Of a stretch of DNA of 64,000 bases, positions 38,339 to 54,500 are shown one piece after another. The position numbers were made by a program, and so were the translations under genes. Every line of letters starts with the position of its first letter. Positions within the stretch are counted from its first letter, which is position 1. Source of the DNA: Antedon mediterranea (taxonomy: Eukaryota > Animalia > Echinodermata); NCBI RefSeq assembly GCF_964355755.1, contig NC_092677.1, positions 22,059,175-22,123,174 on the forward strand, written 5' to 3'. The notes beneath the pieces were generated by a model. The model was given only the letters and a program-made list of their open reading frames with translations, did not search any database and was not told the DNA's origin.

Positions 38339-39595
38339 ATTTAGGGGCTCCACTTCCGAGAATATATTGGTAAAATCCGGGGTTCCTCAGGGATCAGTGA
38401 TTGGGCCAATCCTCTTTAATCTCTTTGTATCCGATCTCCCCTCCTGCATTGAATCACAGATACAACAATATGCTGATGATACTCTCATATACAGAGCCAT
38501 CAGAAACAAAAACAAAGATAAAGATAACCATAATGATAATGATGAAATGAGCTTACAGTCGGATCTTCATGCTATTAACAACTGGTGTGTGACGAACAAA
38601 ATGCTACTAAATACTGACAAATGTTTTGTAATGCACATAACTAGATCTAACAGTCGCCTTGAACAAGCATGTGATTATTTTATTGGAGATGATAGATTGC
38701 CCGTTACGAATTCCATTAAATATCTTGGAATTCACCTGAATCGCAAACTCACTTGGGCTGATCATGTCCAATATGTTAAATCCAAATCTAATCGCATGTT
38801 TGGTTTTGTGAGACGTATTGTCAAATGTCGTGATAAAGCTATTATATTGCGACTATATATATCGTTAGTTAGACCATATATTGATTACGGTTTACCTGCC
38901 TGGATCCCCTTTCTTAAAAAAGACATCGCTGCTCTTGAAGCTGTCCAAAGGAGGGTCACCCGCACATGCTTCCCAAGATCAGCCAGTCTCCCTTACCCTG
39001 AACGTTTGAAACGCCTTAATCTGATGTCCATTAACAATCGCATTAGGTATTTATGTATTAATTTTGTTACCAAATGTATGTACAAATTATATGATGTTAA
39101 TGTTTTTAAATATTTATCTATTAATTGCAGACATGTTAATAACCTTAAGTTACGCAATAAATTTATAGCCCGGACTGATTTATTTCATAACTCTGTCTTT
39201 AATTTTTTTGTTAGACATTTTAGAGATCTGCCTGCGGATCTCTGCGACCAACTTTTAATTAATATAAACTGTTTTAAGCATAGCCTTAAGAAATATTTTA
39301 GCAATCTGTTTTAATCTGAACATATGTATATTTTAAAGATATTTTCTTAATTCTATCTTTTTAAATTTACAATTTTTTATAAAAACACATTGCTGAATTT
39401 TATAGTTTTATCTAAATTTTAATAGAATCCATGTATTATTCATTTTATGTAAGTATTTCGATGTGGAGAGCCTCTCGACGGTTATTTTTATTTGTAACTT
39501 TTAGGTTATCCGGCCTCATTGACTTACTTTTGTATTGTTTTTTTGTACTGTTCTGTATATTGGCGAAATAAATGATATGATATATGATATATGAT
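38339..39595 (+). mobile_element. 5'-truncated CR1-group LINE, copy 2
   Basis: Same truncation point, tail and ACCCC TSD (38334-38338 and 39596-39600) as copy 1. Confidence 0.92.
38367..39314 (+). pseudogene. Truncated ORF2 reverse transcriptase, copy 2
   Basis: 315-aa frame differing from copy 1 by one N>K change (RNNFI versus RNKFI). One synonymous TTG>TTA change was also seen. Confidence 0.9.
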
Positions 39596-42500
39596 ACCCC
39601 GTATTTACGTACAGACATCGACCTAGTTTTTACGTACATACATCGACTCCGTTTAACGTACCAACATCGACCCCGTTTTTACGTACAGACATCGACTCCG
39701 TTTTTATGTAAAGATATCGACACCGATTTTACGCAAAGACAACGATCCCGATTTCACGTACAGACATCGACCCCAATTTTACGTACAGTCATCGACCCCG
39801 TTTTTACGTACAGACATCAACCTCGATTTTACGTACAAACATTGACCCCGATTTTACGTACATACATCGACCCCGATTTTACATACATACATCGATACCT
39901 ATTTTACATACAGACAACGACCCCGATTTTACGTACAGACATTGACCTAGTTTTGACGTACAGATATCTACCCCGTTTTGACGTACAGACATCGACACCA
40001 ATTTTACGCAAAGACAACGACCCCGATTTCACGAATAGACATCGATTCCGTATTTACGTACAGACATCGATCCCGTATTTACTTACAGACATCGACCTTG
40101 TTTCTACGTACAAACATCGACCCCGATTTAACGTACATATATCGATCTCGATTTTACGTACATACATCGACTCCGATTTTACATACTGTACATACATTGA
40201 CCCGATTTTACGTACAGTCATCGACTCCTATTTTACATACAGACATCGACCTCTTTTTACGTAAAGACATCGACCCCCTTATTACATACAGATATCGACT
40301 CCGCTTTTACGTACAGACATCGACCTAGTTTTTACGTACCGACATCGACCCTGATTTTACATACAGACATCGACCTAGTTTTGACATACCAACATCAACC
40401 TCGATTTTACGTACAGACATTGACCCTGATTTTACGTACATACATCGACCTCAATTTTAGGTACAGACATCGACCCCGATTTTACGTACAGACGTCGACC
40501 TAGTTTTGACGTACAGACATCGACCCCGATTTCACGAACAGACATCGATCCCCTATTTAACTACAGACATCGATCTCGTATTTATGTACAGATATCGACC
40601 CCGTTTTTACGTATAGACATCGACCCTGATTTTACGTACATACATCGATCCCGATTTTACGTACATACGTCGATCCCTATTTTACGTACAGAAATCGACT
40701 CCGTTTAACGTACCGACATTGACGCGGATTTTATATACAGACATCGACCTAGTTTTTACGTACAGACATCCACCTAGTTTTTACGTACAGACATCGGCCT
40801 AGTTTTTACTTACAGACCTCGACATAGTTTTTACGTACCGACATCGACCTCGATTTTACGTACAGACATCGACCCCGATTTTACGTACAGACATCGACCT
40901 AGTTTTGACGTACAGAAATCGACCGCTTTCTGACGTACAGACATCGACACCGATTTTACATAAAGACATCGACCCCGATTTCACGTACAGACATCGACCA
41001 CGTTTTTACGTACTGACATCGACCCCGATTTAACATAGAGACATCGATCCCGATTTTAAGTACATACATCGACTCCGTTTAACGTACATACATCGACCCC
41101 GACTTTACGTCCACACATCGACCCAGTTTTTACGTACATACATCGACCCCGTTTGACGTACCGACATCAACCTCGATTTTACGTACAGACATCGACCCCG
41201 ATTTTACGTACAGACATCGACCCCGATTTTACGTACATACATTGACCTCGAATTTACGTACATGCATCGACCCTGATTTTACGTACAGACATCGACCCCA
41301 AGTTTATGTACAGACATCGACCTAGTTTTTACGTACAGACATCGACTCTGTTTTTACGTACAGATATCGACCTAATTTTTACGTACCGACATCGACCTCG
41401 ATTTTACGTACAGACATTGACCCCGTTTTTACATAGAGACATCGACCCCTATTTTACGTACAGAAATCAACCCTGTTTTTACGTACAGACATCGACCTAG
41501 TTTTTACGTACCGACATCGACCTCGATTTTACGTACAGACATCGACCCCGACTTTACGTACAGACATCGACCTAGTTTTGACGTACAGAAATCGACCGCT
41601 TTCTGACGTACAGACATCAACACCGATTTTACATAAAGACATCGACCCCGATTTTACGTACAGACATCGACCACGTTTTTACGTACTGACATCGACCCCA
41701 ATTTGCCATAGAGACATCGATCCCGATTTTAAGTACATACATCGACTCCGTTTAACGTACATACATCGACTCCGACTTTACTTCCACACATCGAACCAGT
41801 TTTGACGTACAGACAGCGACACCGTTTGACGTACCGACATCAACCTCGATTTTACGTACAGACATCGACCCCGATTTTACATACATACAGCGACACCGTT
41901 TGACGTACCGACAACAACCTCGATTTTACATACAGACATCGACCCCGATTTTACGTACATACATCGACCCCGATTTTACGTACAGACATTGACATCGATT
42001 TTACGTACATGCATCGACCCTGATTTTACATACAGTCATCGAACCCGATTTTATATACAGACATCGACCCCGATTTTACGTACATACATTGACCTCGAAT
42101 TTACGTACATGCATCGACCCTGATTTTACGTACAGACATCGACCTCGATTTTACGTACAGTCATCGACCCCAAGTTTATGTACAGACATCGACCTAGTTT
42201 TTACGTACAGACATCGACACCGATTTTACCTACCGACATCGACCCCGATTTTACGTACAGACATCAACCTCCCTAGTTTTTACATACAAACATCGACCCT
42301 GATTTTACATACAGGCATCGACCTAGTTTTGACGTACAGACATCGACCCCGTTTTTACATACACATAATACATCGACGTGGATTTTACGTATAGACATCG
42401 ACCCCGATTTTACGTGCAGACATCGAACCCGTTTTTACATACAGGTATCGACAATGATTTTACGTACAGACATCGACCACGTTTTTACGTAAAGACATCG

Positions 42501-45500
42501 ACCCTGATTTTACGTACAGACATGTACCTCGATTTTACGTACATAAATCGACCACAAATCAACGTAGAGACATCAACCCCAATTTTACGTACAGACATCG
42601 ACAATGATTTTACGTACAGAAATCGACCTTGTTTTGACGTACATACATCGACCTAGTTTTTACGTACAGACATCGACCCCGTTCTTACATACAGACATAT
42701 ATCTAGTTTTTTACGTACAGAGATCGACCTAGTTTTTACGCAAGACATCGACCCCGATTTAACGTACAGACATCGACCCCGTATTTACGTACAGACATCG
42801 ACCTAGTTTTTACGTACATAGATCGACGTACAGACATTGACATCGATTTTACGTACAGACATCGACCTTTTTTACGTAAAGACATCGACCCCCTTATTAC
42901 ATACAGATATCGACTCCGCTTTTACGTACAGACATCGACCTAGTTTTTACGTACCGACATCGACCCTGATTTTACATACAGACATCGACCTAGTTTTGAC
43001 ATACCGACATCAACCTCGATTTTACATACAGACATCGACCCCGATTTTACATACATACAGCGACACCGTTTGACGTACCGACAACAACCTCGATTTTACA
43101 TACAGACATCGACCCCGATTTTACGTACATACATCGACCCCGATTTTACGTACAGACATTGACATCGATTTTACGTACATGCATCGACCCTGATTTTACA
43201 TACAGTCATCGAACCCGATTTTATATACAGACATCGACCCCGATTTTACGTACATACATTGACCTCGAATTTACGTACATGCATCGACCCTGATTTTACG
43301 TACAGACATCGACCTCAATTTTACGTACAGTCATCGACCCCAAGTTTATGTACAGATATCGACCTAGTTTTTACGTACAGACATCGACTCTGTTTTTACG
43401 TACAGATATCGACCTAATTTTTACGTACCGACATCGACCTCGATTTTACGTACAGACATCGACCCTGATTTTACGTACAGACATCAACCTAGTTTTGACG
43501 TACAGACATCGACACAGATTTTACGCAAAGATATCGACCCCAATTCACGTACAGACATCGACCTAGTTTTTACGTACAGACATCGACACAGTTTTTACGT
43601 AGAGACAGCGACACCGTTTTACGTACCGATTACGACCCCGATTTTACGTACAGAAATCGAAATAGTTTTTAGGTACAGACATCGACACCGATTTTACGTA
43701 CAGACATCGACCCCGATTTTACGTACAGACATCAACCTCCCTAGTTTTTACATACAAACATCGACCCTGATTTTACATACAGGCATCGACCTAGTTTTGA
43801 CGTACAGACATCGACCCCGTTTTTACATACACATAATACATCGACGTCGATTTTACGTATAGACATCGACCCCGATTTTACGTGCAGACATCGAACCCGT
43901 TTTTACATACAGGTATCGACAATGATTTTACGTACAGACATCGACCTAGTTTTGAACTACAGACATCGACCACGTTTTTACGTAAAGACATCGACCCTGA
44001 TTTTACGTACAGACATGTACCTCGATTTTACGTACATAAATCGACCACAAATCAACGTAGAGACATCAACCCCAATTTTACGTACAGACATCGACAATGA
44101 TTTTACGTACAGAAATCGACCTTGTTTTGACGTACATACATCGACCTAGTTTTTACGTACAGACATCGACCCCGTTCTTACATACAGACATATATCTAGT
44201 TTTTTACGTACAGAGATCGACCTAGTTTTTACGCAAGACATCGACCCCGATTTAACGTACAGACATCGACCCCGTATTTACGTACAGACATCGACCTAGT
44301 TTTTACGTACATAGATCGACGTACAGACATTGACATCGATTTTACGTACAGACATCGACCTTTTTTACGTAAAGACATCGACCCCCTTATTACATACAGA
44401 TATCGACTCCGCTTTTACGTACAGACATCGACCTAGTTTTTACGTACCGACATCGACCCTGATTTTACATACAGACATCGACCTAGTTTTGACATACCGA
44501 CATCAACCTCGATTTTACATACAGACATCGACCCCGATTTTACATACATACAGCGACACCGTTTGACGTACCGACAACAACCTCGATTTTACATACAGAA
44601 ATCGACCCCGATTTTACGTACATACATCGACCCCGATTTTACGTACAGACATTGACATCGATTTTACGTACATGCATCGACCCTGATTTTACATACAGTC
44701 ATCGAACCCGATTTTATATACAGACATCGACCCCGATTTTACGTACATACATTGACCTCGAATTTACGTACATGCATCGACCCTGATTTTACGTACAGAC
44801 ATCGACCTCAATTTTACGTACAGTCATCGACCCCAAGTTTATGTACAGATATCGACCTAGTTTTTACGTACAGACATCGACTCTGTTTTTACGTACAGAT
44901 ATCGACCTAATTTTTACGTACCGACATCGACCTCGATTTTACGTACAGACATCGACCCTGATTTTACGTACAGACATCAACCTAGTTTTGACGTACAGAC
45001 ATCGACACAGATTTTACGCAAAGATATCGACCCCAATTCACGTACAGACATCGACCTAGTTTTTACGTACAGACATCGACACAGTTTTTACGTAGAGACA
45101 GCGACACCGTTTTACGTACCGATTACGACCCCGATTTTACGTACAGAAATCGAAATGGTTTTTAGGTACAGACATCGACACCGATTTTACGTACAGACAT
45201 CGACCCCGATTTTACGTACAGACATCAACCTCCCTAGTTTTTACATACAAACATCGACCCTGATTTTACATACAGGCATCGACCTAGTTTTGACGTACAG
45301 ACATCGACCCCGTTTTTACATACACATAATACATCGACGTCGATTTTACGTATAGACATCGACCCCGATTTTACGTGCAGACATCGAACCCGTTTTTACA
45401 TACAGGTATCGACAATGATTTTACGTACAGACATCGACCTAGTTTTGAACTACAGACATCGACCACGTTTTTACGTAAAGACATCGACCCTGATTTTACG

Positions 45501-48500
45501 TACAGACATGTACCTCGATTTTACGTACATAAATCGACCACAAATCAACGTAGAGACATCAACCCCAATTTTACGTACAGACATCGACAATGATTTTACG
45601 TACAGAAATTGACCTTGTTTTGACGTACATACATCGACCTAGTTTTTACGTACAGACATCGACCCCGTTCTTACATACAGACATATATCTAGTTTTTTAC
45701 GTACAGAGATCGACCTAGTTTTTACGCAAGACATCGACCCCGATTTAACGTACAGACATCGACCCCGTATTTACGTACAGACATCGACCTAGTTTTTACG
45801 TACATAGATCGACTCCGTTTAACGTACCAACATCGACCCCGTTTTTACGTACATACATCGACTCCGTTTTTATGTAAAGATATCGACACCGATTTTACGC
45901 AAAGACAACGATCCCGATTTCACGTACAGACATCGACCCCAATTTTACGTACAGTCATCGACCCCGTTTTTACGTACATACATCAACCTCGATTTTACGT
46001 ACAAACAATGACCCCGATTTTACGTACATACATCGACCTCGATTTTACATACATACATCGACACCGATTTTACATACAGACAACGACCCCGATTTTACGT
46101 ACAGACATTGACCTAGTTTTGACGTACAGATATCTACCCCGTTTTGACGTACAGACATCGACACCAATTTTACGCAAAGACAACCACCCCGATTTCACGA
46201 ATAGACATCGATCCCGTATTTACGTACAGACATCGATCCCGTATTTACTTACAGACATCTACCTTGTTTCTACGTACAAACATCGACCCCGATTTAACGT
46301 ACATATATCGATCTCGATTATACGTACATACATCGACTCCGATTTTACATACTGTACATACATTGACCCGATTTTACGTACAGTCATCGACTCCTATTTT
46401 ACGTACAGACATCGACCTCTTTTTACGTAAAGACATCGACCCCCTTATTACATACAGATATCGACTCCGCTTTTACGTACAGACATCGACCTAGTTTTTA
46501 CGTACCGACATCGACCCTGATTTTACATACAGACATCGACCTAGTTTTGACATACCGACATCAACCTCGATTTTACATACAGACATCGACCCCGATTTTA
46601 CGTACATACATCGACCCCGATTTTACGTACAGACATTGACATCGATTTTACGTACAGACATCGACCTCTTTTTACGTAAAGACATCGACCCCCTTATTAC
46701 ATACAGATATCGACTCCGCTTTTACGTACAGACATCGACCTAGTTTTTACGTACCGACATCGACCCTGATTTTACATACAGACATCGACCTAGTTTTGAC
46801 ATACCGACATCAACCTCGATTTTACATACAGACATCGACCCCGATTTTACGTACATACATCGACCCCGATTTTACGTACAGACATTGACATCGATTTTAC
46901 GTACAGACATCGACCTCTTTTTACGTAAAGACATCGACCCCCTTATTACATACAGATATCGACTCCGCTTTTACGTACAGACATCGACCTAGTTTTTACG
47001 TACCGACATCGACCCTGATTTTACATACAGACATCGACCTAGTTTTGACATACCGACATCAACCTCGATTTTACATACAGACATCGACCCCGATTTTACA
47101 TACATACAGCGACACCGTTTGACGTACCGACAACAACCTCGATTTTACATACAGACATCGACCCCGATTTTACGTACATACATCGACCCCGATTTTACGT
47201 ACAGACATTGACATCGATTTTACGTACATGCATCGACCCTGATTTTACATACAGTCATCGAACCCGATTTTATATACAGACATCGACCCCGATTTTACGT
47301 ACATACATTGACCTCGAATTTACGTACATGCATCGACCCTGATTTTACGTACAGACATCGACCTCAATTTTACGTACAGTCATCGACCCCAAGTTTATGT
47401 ACAGATATCGACCTAGTTTTTATGTACAGACATCGACTCTGTTTTTACGTACAGATATCGACCTAATTTTTACGTACCGACATCGACCTCGATTTTACGT
47501 ACAGACATCGACCCTGATTTTACGTACAGACATCAACCTAGTTTTGACGTACAGACATCGACACAGATTTTACGCAAAGATATCGACCCCAATTCACGTA
47601 CAGACATCGACCTAGTTTTTACGTACAGACATCGACACAGTTTTTACGTAGAGACAGCGACACCGTTTTACGTACCGATTACGACCCCGATTTTACGTAC
47701 AGAAATCGAAATAGTTTTTAGGTACAGACATCGACACCGATTTTACGTACAGACATCGACCCCGATTTTACGTACAGACATCAACCTCCCTAGTTTTTAC
47801 ATACAAACATCGACCCTGATTTTACATACAGGCATCGACCTAGTTTTGACGTACAGACATCGACCCCGTTTTTACATACACATAATACATCGACGTCGAT
47901 TTTACGTATAGACATCGACCCCGATTTTACGTGCAGACATCGAACCCGTTTTTACATACAGGTATCGACAATGATTTTACGTACAGACATCGACCTAGTT
48001 TTGAACTACAGACATCGACCACGTTTTTACGTAAAGACATCGACCCTGATTTTACGTACAGACATGTACCTCAATTTTACGTACAGTCATCGAACCCGAT
48101 TTTATATACAGACATCAACCCCAATTTTACGTACAGACATCGACAATGATTTTACGTACAGAAATCAACCTTGTTTTGACGTACATACATCGACCTAGTT
48201 TTCACGTACAGACATCGACCCCGTTCTTACATACAGACATATATCTATTTTTTTACGTACAGAGATCGACCTAGTTTTTACGCAAGACATCGACCCCGAT
48301 TTAACGTACAGACATTGACCCCGTATTTACGTACAGACATCGACCTAGTTTTTACGTACATAGATCGACTCCGTTTAACGTACCAACATCGACCCCGTTT
48401 TTACGTACATACATCGACTCCGTTTTTATGTAAAATATCGACACCGATTTTACGCAAAGACAACGATCCCGATTTCACGTACAGACATCGACCCCAATTT

Positions 48501-51500
48501 TACGTACAGTCATCGACCCCGTTTTTACGTACATACATCAACCTCGATTTTACGTACAAACATTGACCCCGATTTTACGTACATACATCGACCCCGATTT
48601 TACATACATACATCGACACCGATTTTACATACAGACAACGACCCCGATTTTACGTACAGACATTGACCTAGTTTTGAGGTACAGATATCTACCGCGTTTT
48701 GACGTACAGACATCGACACCAATTTTACGCAAAGACAACCACCCCGATTTCACGAATAGACATCGATCCCGTATTTACGTACAGACATCGATCCCGTATT
48801 TACTTACAGACATCTACCTTGTTTCTACGTACAAACATCGACCCCGATTTAACGTACATATATCGATCTCGATTATACGTACATACATCGACTCCGATTT
48901 TACATACTGTACATACATTGACCCGATTTTACGTACAGTCATCGACTCCTATTTTACGTACAGACATCGACCTCTTTTTACGTAAAGACATCGACCCCCT
49001 TATTACATACAGATATCGACTCCGCTTTTACGTACAGACATCGACCTAGTTTTTACGTACCGACATCGACCCTGATTTTACATACAGACATCGACCTAGT
49101 TTTGACATACCGACATCAACCTCGATTTTACGTACAGACATTGACCCTGATTTTACGTACATACATCGACCTCGATTTTAGGTACAGACATCGACCCCAA
49201 TTTTACGTACAGACGTCGACCTAGTTTTGACGTACAGACATTGACCCCGATTTCACGAACAGACATCGATCCCCTATTTACGTACAGACATCGATCTCGT
49301 ATTTATGTACAGATATCGACGCCGTTTTTACGTACAGACATCGACCCTGATTTTACGTACATACATCGATCCCGATTTTACGTACATACGTCGATCCCTA
49401 TTTTACGTACAGAAATCGACTCCGTTTAACGTACCGACATTGACGCGGATTTTATATACAGACATCGACCTAGTTTTTACGTACAGACATCCACCTAGTT
49501 TTTAAGTACAGCCATCGGCCTAGTTTTTACTTACAGACCTCGACATAGTTTTTATGCAATGACAGCGACACCGACTTTACGTACAGATATGGACCCCGAT
49601 TTTACGTACATACATCGACCCAGTTTTTACGTACAGACATCGACCACGCTTTTACGTACAGACATCGACCCCGTTTTTACGTGCAGACATCGATCCCGTT
49701 TTGACGTACAGACATCGACCTAGTTTTGAACTACAGACATCGACATCGATCCTGATTTTACGTATAGACATGTACCCCGATTTTACATACATACATCGAC
49801 CCCGATTTTACGTACATACATTGACCCCGATTTTAGGTTCAGACATCGACCCCGATTTTACGTACATACATCGACCCCGATTTTAAGTAAGGTCATCGAC
49901 CCAGTTTTTACGTACAGACAATAACCTCGATTTTACGTACATACATCGACACCAATTTGACATACAGACATCGACCCCGATTTTAGGTACAGACATCGAC
50001 CCCGATTTTAGGTACAGACATCGACTTAGTTTTTACGTACAGCATCGATTCTGATTTTACATACATTCATCGACCTAGTTTTGACGTACAGACATCGACC
50101 CCGATTTTACGTACAGACATCGACCTAGTTTTTACGTACCGACATCGACCTCGATTTTACGTGCAGACATCGACCCCGATTTTACGTACAGACATTGAAC
50201 TAGCTTTGAACTACAGACATCGACTGCCTTTTTACGTACATACATCGACCTCGATTTGACGTACAGATATCCACCCAGTTTTTTTGTACAGACATCGACC
50301 TCATTTTTACGTACAGACATCGACCTAGTTTTGAACTACATACATCGACTCCGTTTTTACGTACAGACATCGACCCATATTTATTAACAGACATCGACCT
50401 AGTTTTTACGTACAGACATCGACCCCGATTTTACATACAGACATCGACCCCGATTTTACGTACAGATATCGACCTAGTTTTGACGTACAGAAATCGACCG
50501 CTTTCTGACGTACAGACATCGACACCGATTTTACATAAAGACATCGACCCCGATTTCACGTACAGACATCGACCACGTTTTTACGTACTGACATCGACCC
50601 CGATTTAACATAGAGACACCGATCCCGATTTTAAGTACATACATCGACTCCGTTTAACGTACATACATCGACCCCGACTTTACGTCCACACATCGACCCA
50701 GTTTTTACGTACAGACAGCGACACCGTTTGACGTACCGACATCAACCTCGATTTTACGTACAGACATAGACCCCGATTTTACGTACATACAGCGACACCG
50801 TTTGACGTACCGACAACAACCTCGATTTTACATACAGACATCGACCCCGATTTTACGTACATACATCGACCCCGATTTTACGTACAGACATTGACCTCGA
50901 TTTTACGTACATGCATCGACCCTGATTTTACATACAGTCATCGAACCCGATTTTATATACAGACATCGACCCCGATTTTACGTATATACATTGACCTCGA
51001 ATTTACGTACATGCATCGACCCTGCTTTTACGTACAGACATCGACCTCGATTTTACGTACAGTCATCGACCCCAAGTTTATGTACAGACATCGACCTAGT
51101 TTTTACGTACAGACATCGACTCTGTTTTTACGTACAGATATCGACCTAATTTTTACGTACCGACATCGACCTCGATTTTACGTACAGACATCGACCCTGA
51201 TTTTACGTACAGACATCAACCTAGTTTTGACGTACAGACATCGACACAGATTTTACGCAAAGACATCGACCCCGATTTCACGTACAGACATCGACCTAGT
51301 TTTTACGTACAGACATCGACACCGTTTTACGTACCGATTACGACCCCGATTTTACGTACAGAAATCGAAATAGTTTTTAGGTACAGACATCGACACCGAT
51401 TTTACGTACAGACATCGACCCCAATTTTACGTACAGACATCAACCTCCCTAGTTTTTACATACAAACATCGACCCTGATTTTACATACAGGCATCGACCT

Positions 51501-54500
51501 AGTTTTGACGTACAGACATCGACCCCGTTTTTACATACACAAAATACATCGACCTCGATTTTACGTATAGACATCGACCCCGATTTTAAGTGCAGACATC
51601 GAACCCGTTTTACGTACAGGTATCGACAATGATTTTACGTACAGACATCGACCTAGTTTTGAACTACAGACATCGACCACGTTTTTACGTACAGACATCG
51701 ACCCTGATTTTACGTACAGACATGTACCTCGATTTTACGTACATAAATTGACCACAAATCAACGTAGAGACATCGACCCCAATTTTACGTACAGACATCG
51801 ACAATGATTTTACGTACAGAAATCGACCTTGTTTTGACGTACATACATCGACCTAGTTTTCACGTACAGACATCGACCCCGTTTTTACATACAGACATAT
51901 ATCTAGTTTTTTACGTACAGAGATCGACCTAGTTTTTACGCAAGACATCGACCCCGATTTAACGTACAGACATCGACCCCGTATTTACGTACAGACATCG
52001 ACCTAGTTTTTACGTACATACATCGACTCCGTTTAACGTACCAACATCGACCCCGTTTTTACGTACAGACATCGACTCCGTTTTTATGTAAAGATATCGA
52101 CACCGATTTACGCAAAGACAACGATCCCGATTTCACGTACAGACATCGACCCCAATTTTACGTACAGTAATCGACCCCGTTTTTACGTACAGACATCAAC
52201 CTCGATTTTACGTACAAACATTGACCCCGAATTTACGTACATACATCGACCCCGATTTTACATACATACATCGACACCTATTTTACATACAGACAACGAC
52301 CCCGATTTTACGTACAGACATTGACCTAGTTTTGACGTACAGATATCTACCCCGTTTTGACGTACAGACATCGACACCAATTTTACGCAAAGACAACGAC
52401 CCCGATTTCACGAATAGACATCGATCCCGTATTTACGTACAGACATCGATCCCGTATTTACTTACAGACATCGACCTTGTTTCTACGTACAAACATCGAC
52501 CCCGATTTAACGTACATATATCGATCTCGATTTTACGTACATACATCGACTCCGATTTTACATACTGTACATACATTGACCCGATTTTACGTACAGTCAT
52601 CGACTCCTATTTTACGTACAGACATCGACCTCTTTTTACGTAAAGACATCGACCCCCTTATTACATACAGATATCGACTCCGCTTTTACGTACAGACATC
52701 GACCTAGTTTTTACGTACCGACATCGACCCTGATTTTACATACAGACATCGACCTAGTTTTGACATACCGACATCAACCTCGATTTTACGTACAGACATT
52801 GACCCTGATTTTACGTACATACATCGACCTCGATTTTAGGTACAGACATCGACCCCGATTTTACGTACAGACGTCGACCTAGTTTTGACGTACAGACATC
52901 GACCCCGATTTCACGAACAGACATCGATCCCCTATTTACGTACAGACATCGATCTCGTATTTATGTACAGATATCGACCCCGTTTTTACGTACAGACATC
53001 GACCCTGATTTTACGTACATACATCGATCCCGATTTTACGTACATACGTCGATCCCTATTTTACGTACAGAAATCGACTCCGTTTAACGTACCGACATTG
53101 ACGCGGATTTTATATACAGACATCGACCTAGTTTTTACGTACAGACATCCACCTAGTTTTTACGTACAGACATCGGCCTAGTTTTTACTTACAGACCTCG
53201 ACATAGTTTTTATGCAATGACAGCGACCCCGACTTTACGTACAGATATGGACCCCGATTTTACGTACAGACATCGACCCAGTTTTTACGTACAGACATCG
53301 ACCACGTTTTTACGTACAGACATCGACCCCGTTTTTACGTGCAGACATCGATCCCGTTTTGACGTACAGACATCGACCTAGTTTTGAACTACAGACATCG
53401 ACATCGATCCTGATTTTACGTATAGACATCGACACCAATTTGACATACAGACATCGACCCCGATTTTACGTACAGACATCGACCCCGATTTTAGGTACAG
53501 ACATCGACTTAGTTTTTACGTACAGCATCGATTCTGATTTTACATACATTCATCATCCTAGTTTTGACGTACAGACATCGACCCCGATTTTACGTACAGA
53601 CATCGACCTAGTTTTTACGTACCGACATCGACCTCGATTTTACGTGCAGACATCGACCCCGATTTTACGTACAGACATCGAACTAGCTTTGAACTACAGA
53701 CATCGACTGCCTTTTTACGTACATACATCGACCCCGATTTGACGTACAGATATCGACCCAGTTTTTTCGTACAGACATCGACCTCATTTTTACGTACAGA
53801 CATCGACCCTGATTTTACATACAGAAATGTACCCCGATTTTACGTACAGACATCGACCCCGATTTTACGTATAGACATCGACCTTGATTTAACGTAGAGA
53901 CATCGAACCCGTTTTTACGTGCAGACATCGATCCCGCTTTTACCTACATAAATCAACCACGATTTTACGTACAGACATCGACCTAGTTTTGACGTACAGA
54001 TATCTACCCCGTTTTGACGTACAGACATCGACACCAATTTTGCGCAAAGACAACTACCCCGATTTCATGAATAGACATCGATCCCGTATTTACGTACAGA
54101 CATCGATCCCGTATTTACTTACAGACATCGACCTTGTTTCTACGTTCAAACATCGACCCCGATTTAACGTACATATATCGATCTCGATTTGACGTACATA
54201 CATCGACTCCGATTTTACATACTGTACATACATTGACCCGATTTGACGTACAGTCATCGACTCCTATTTTACGTACATACATCGATCCCGATTTTACGTA
54301 CATACGTCGATCCCTATTTTACGTACAGACATCGACCTAGTTTTGAACTACAGACATCGACATCGATCCTGATTTTACGTATAGACATGTACCCCGATTT
54401 TACGTACATACATCGACCCCGATTTTACGTACATACATTGACCCCGATTTTAGGTACAGACATCGACACCGATTTTACGTACATACATCGACCCCGATTT

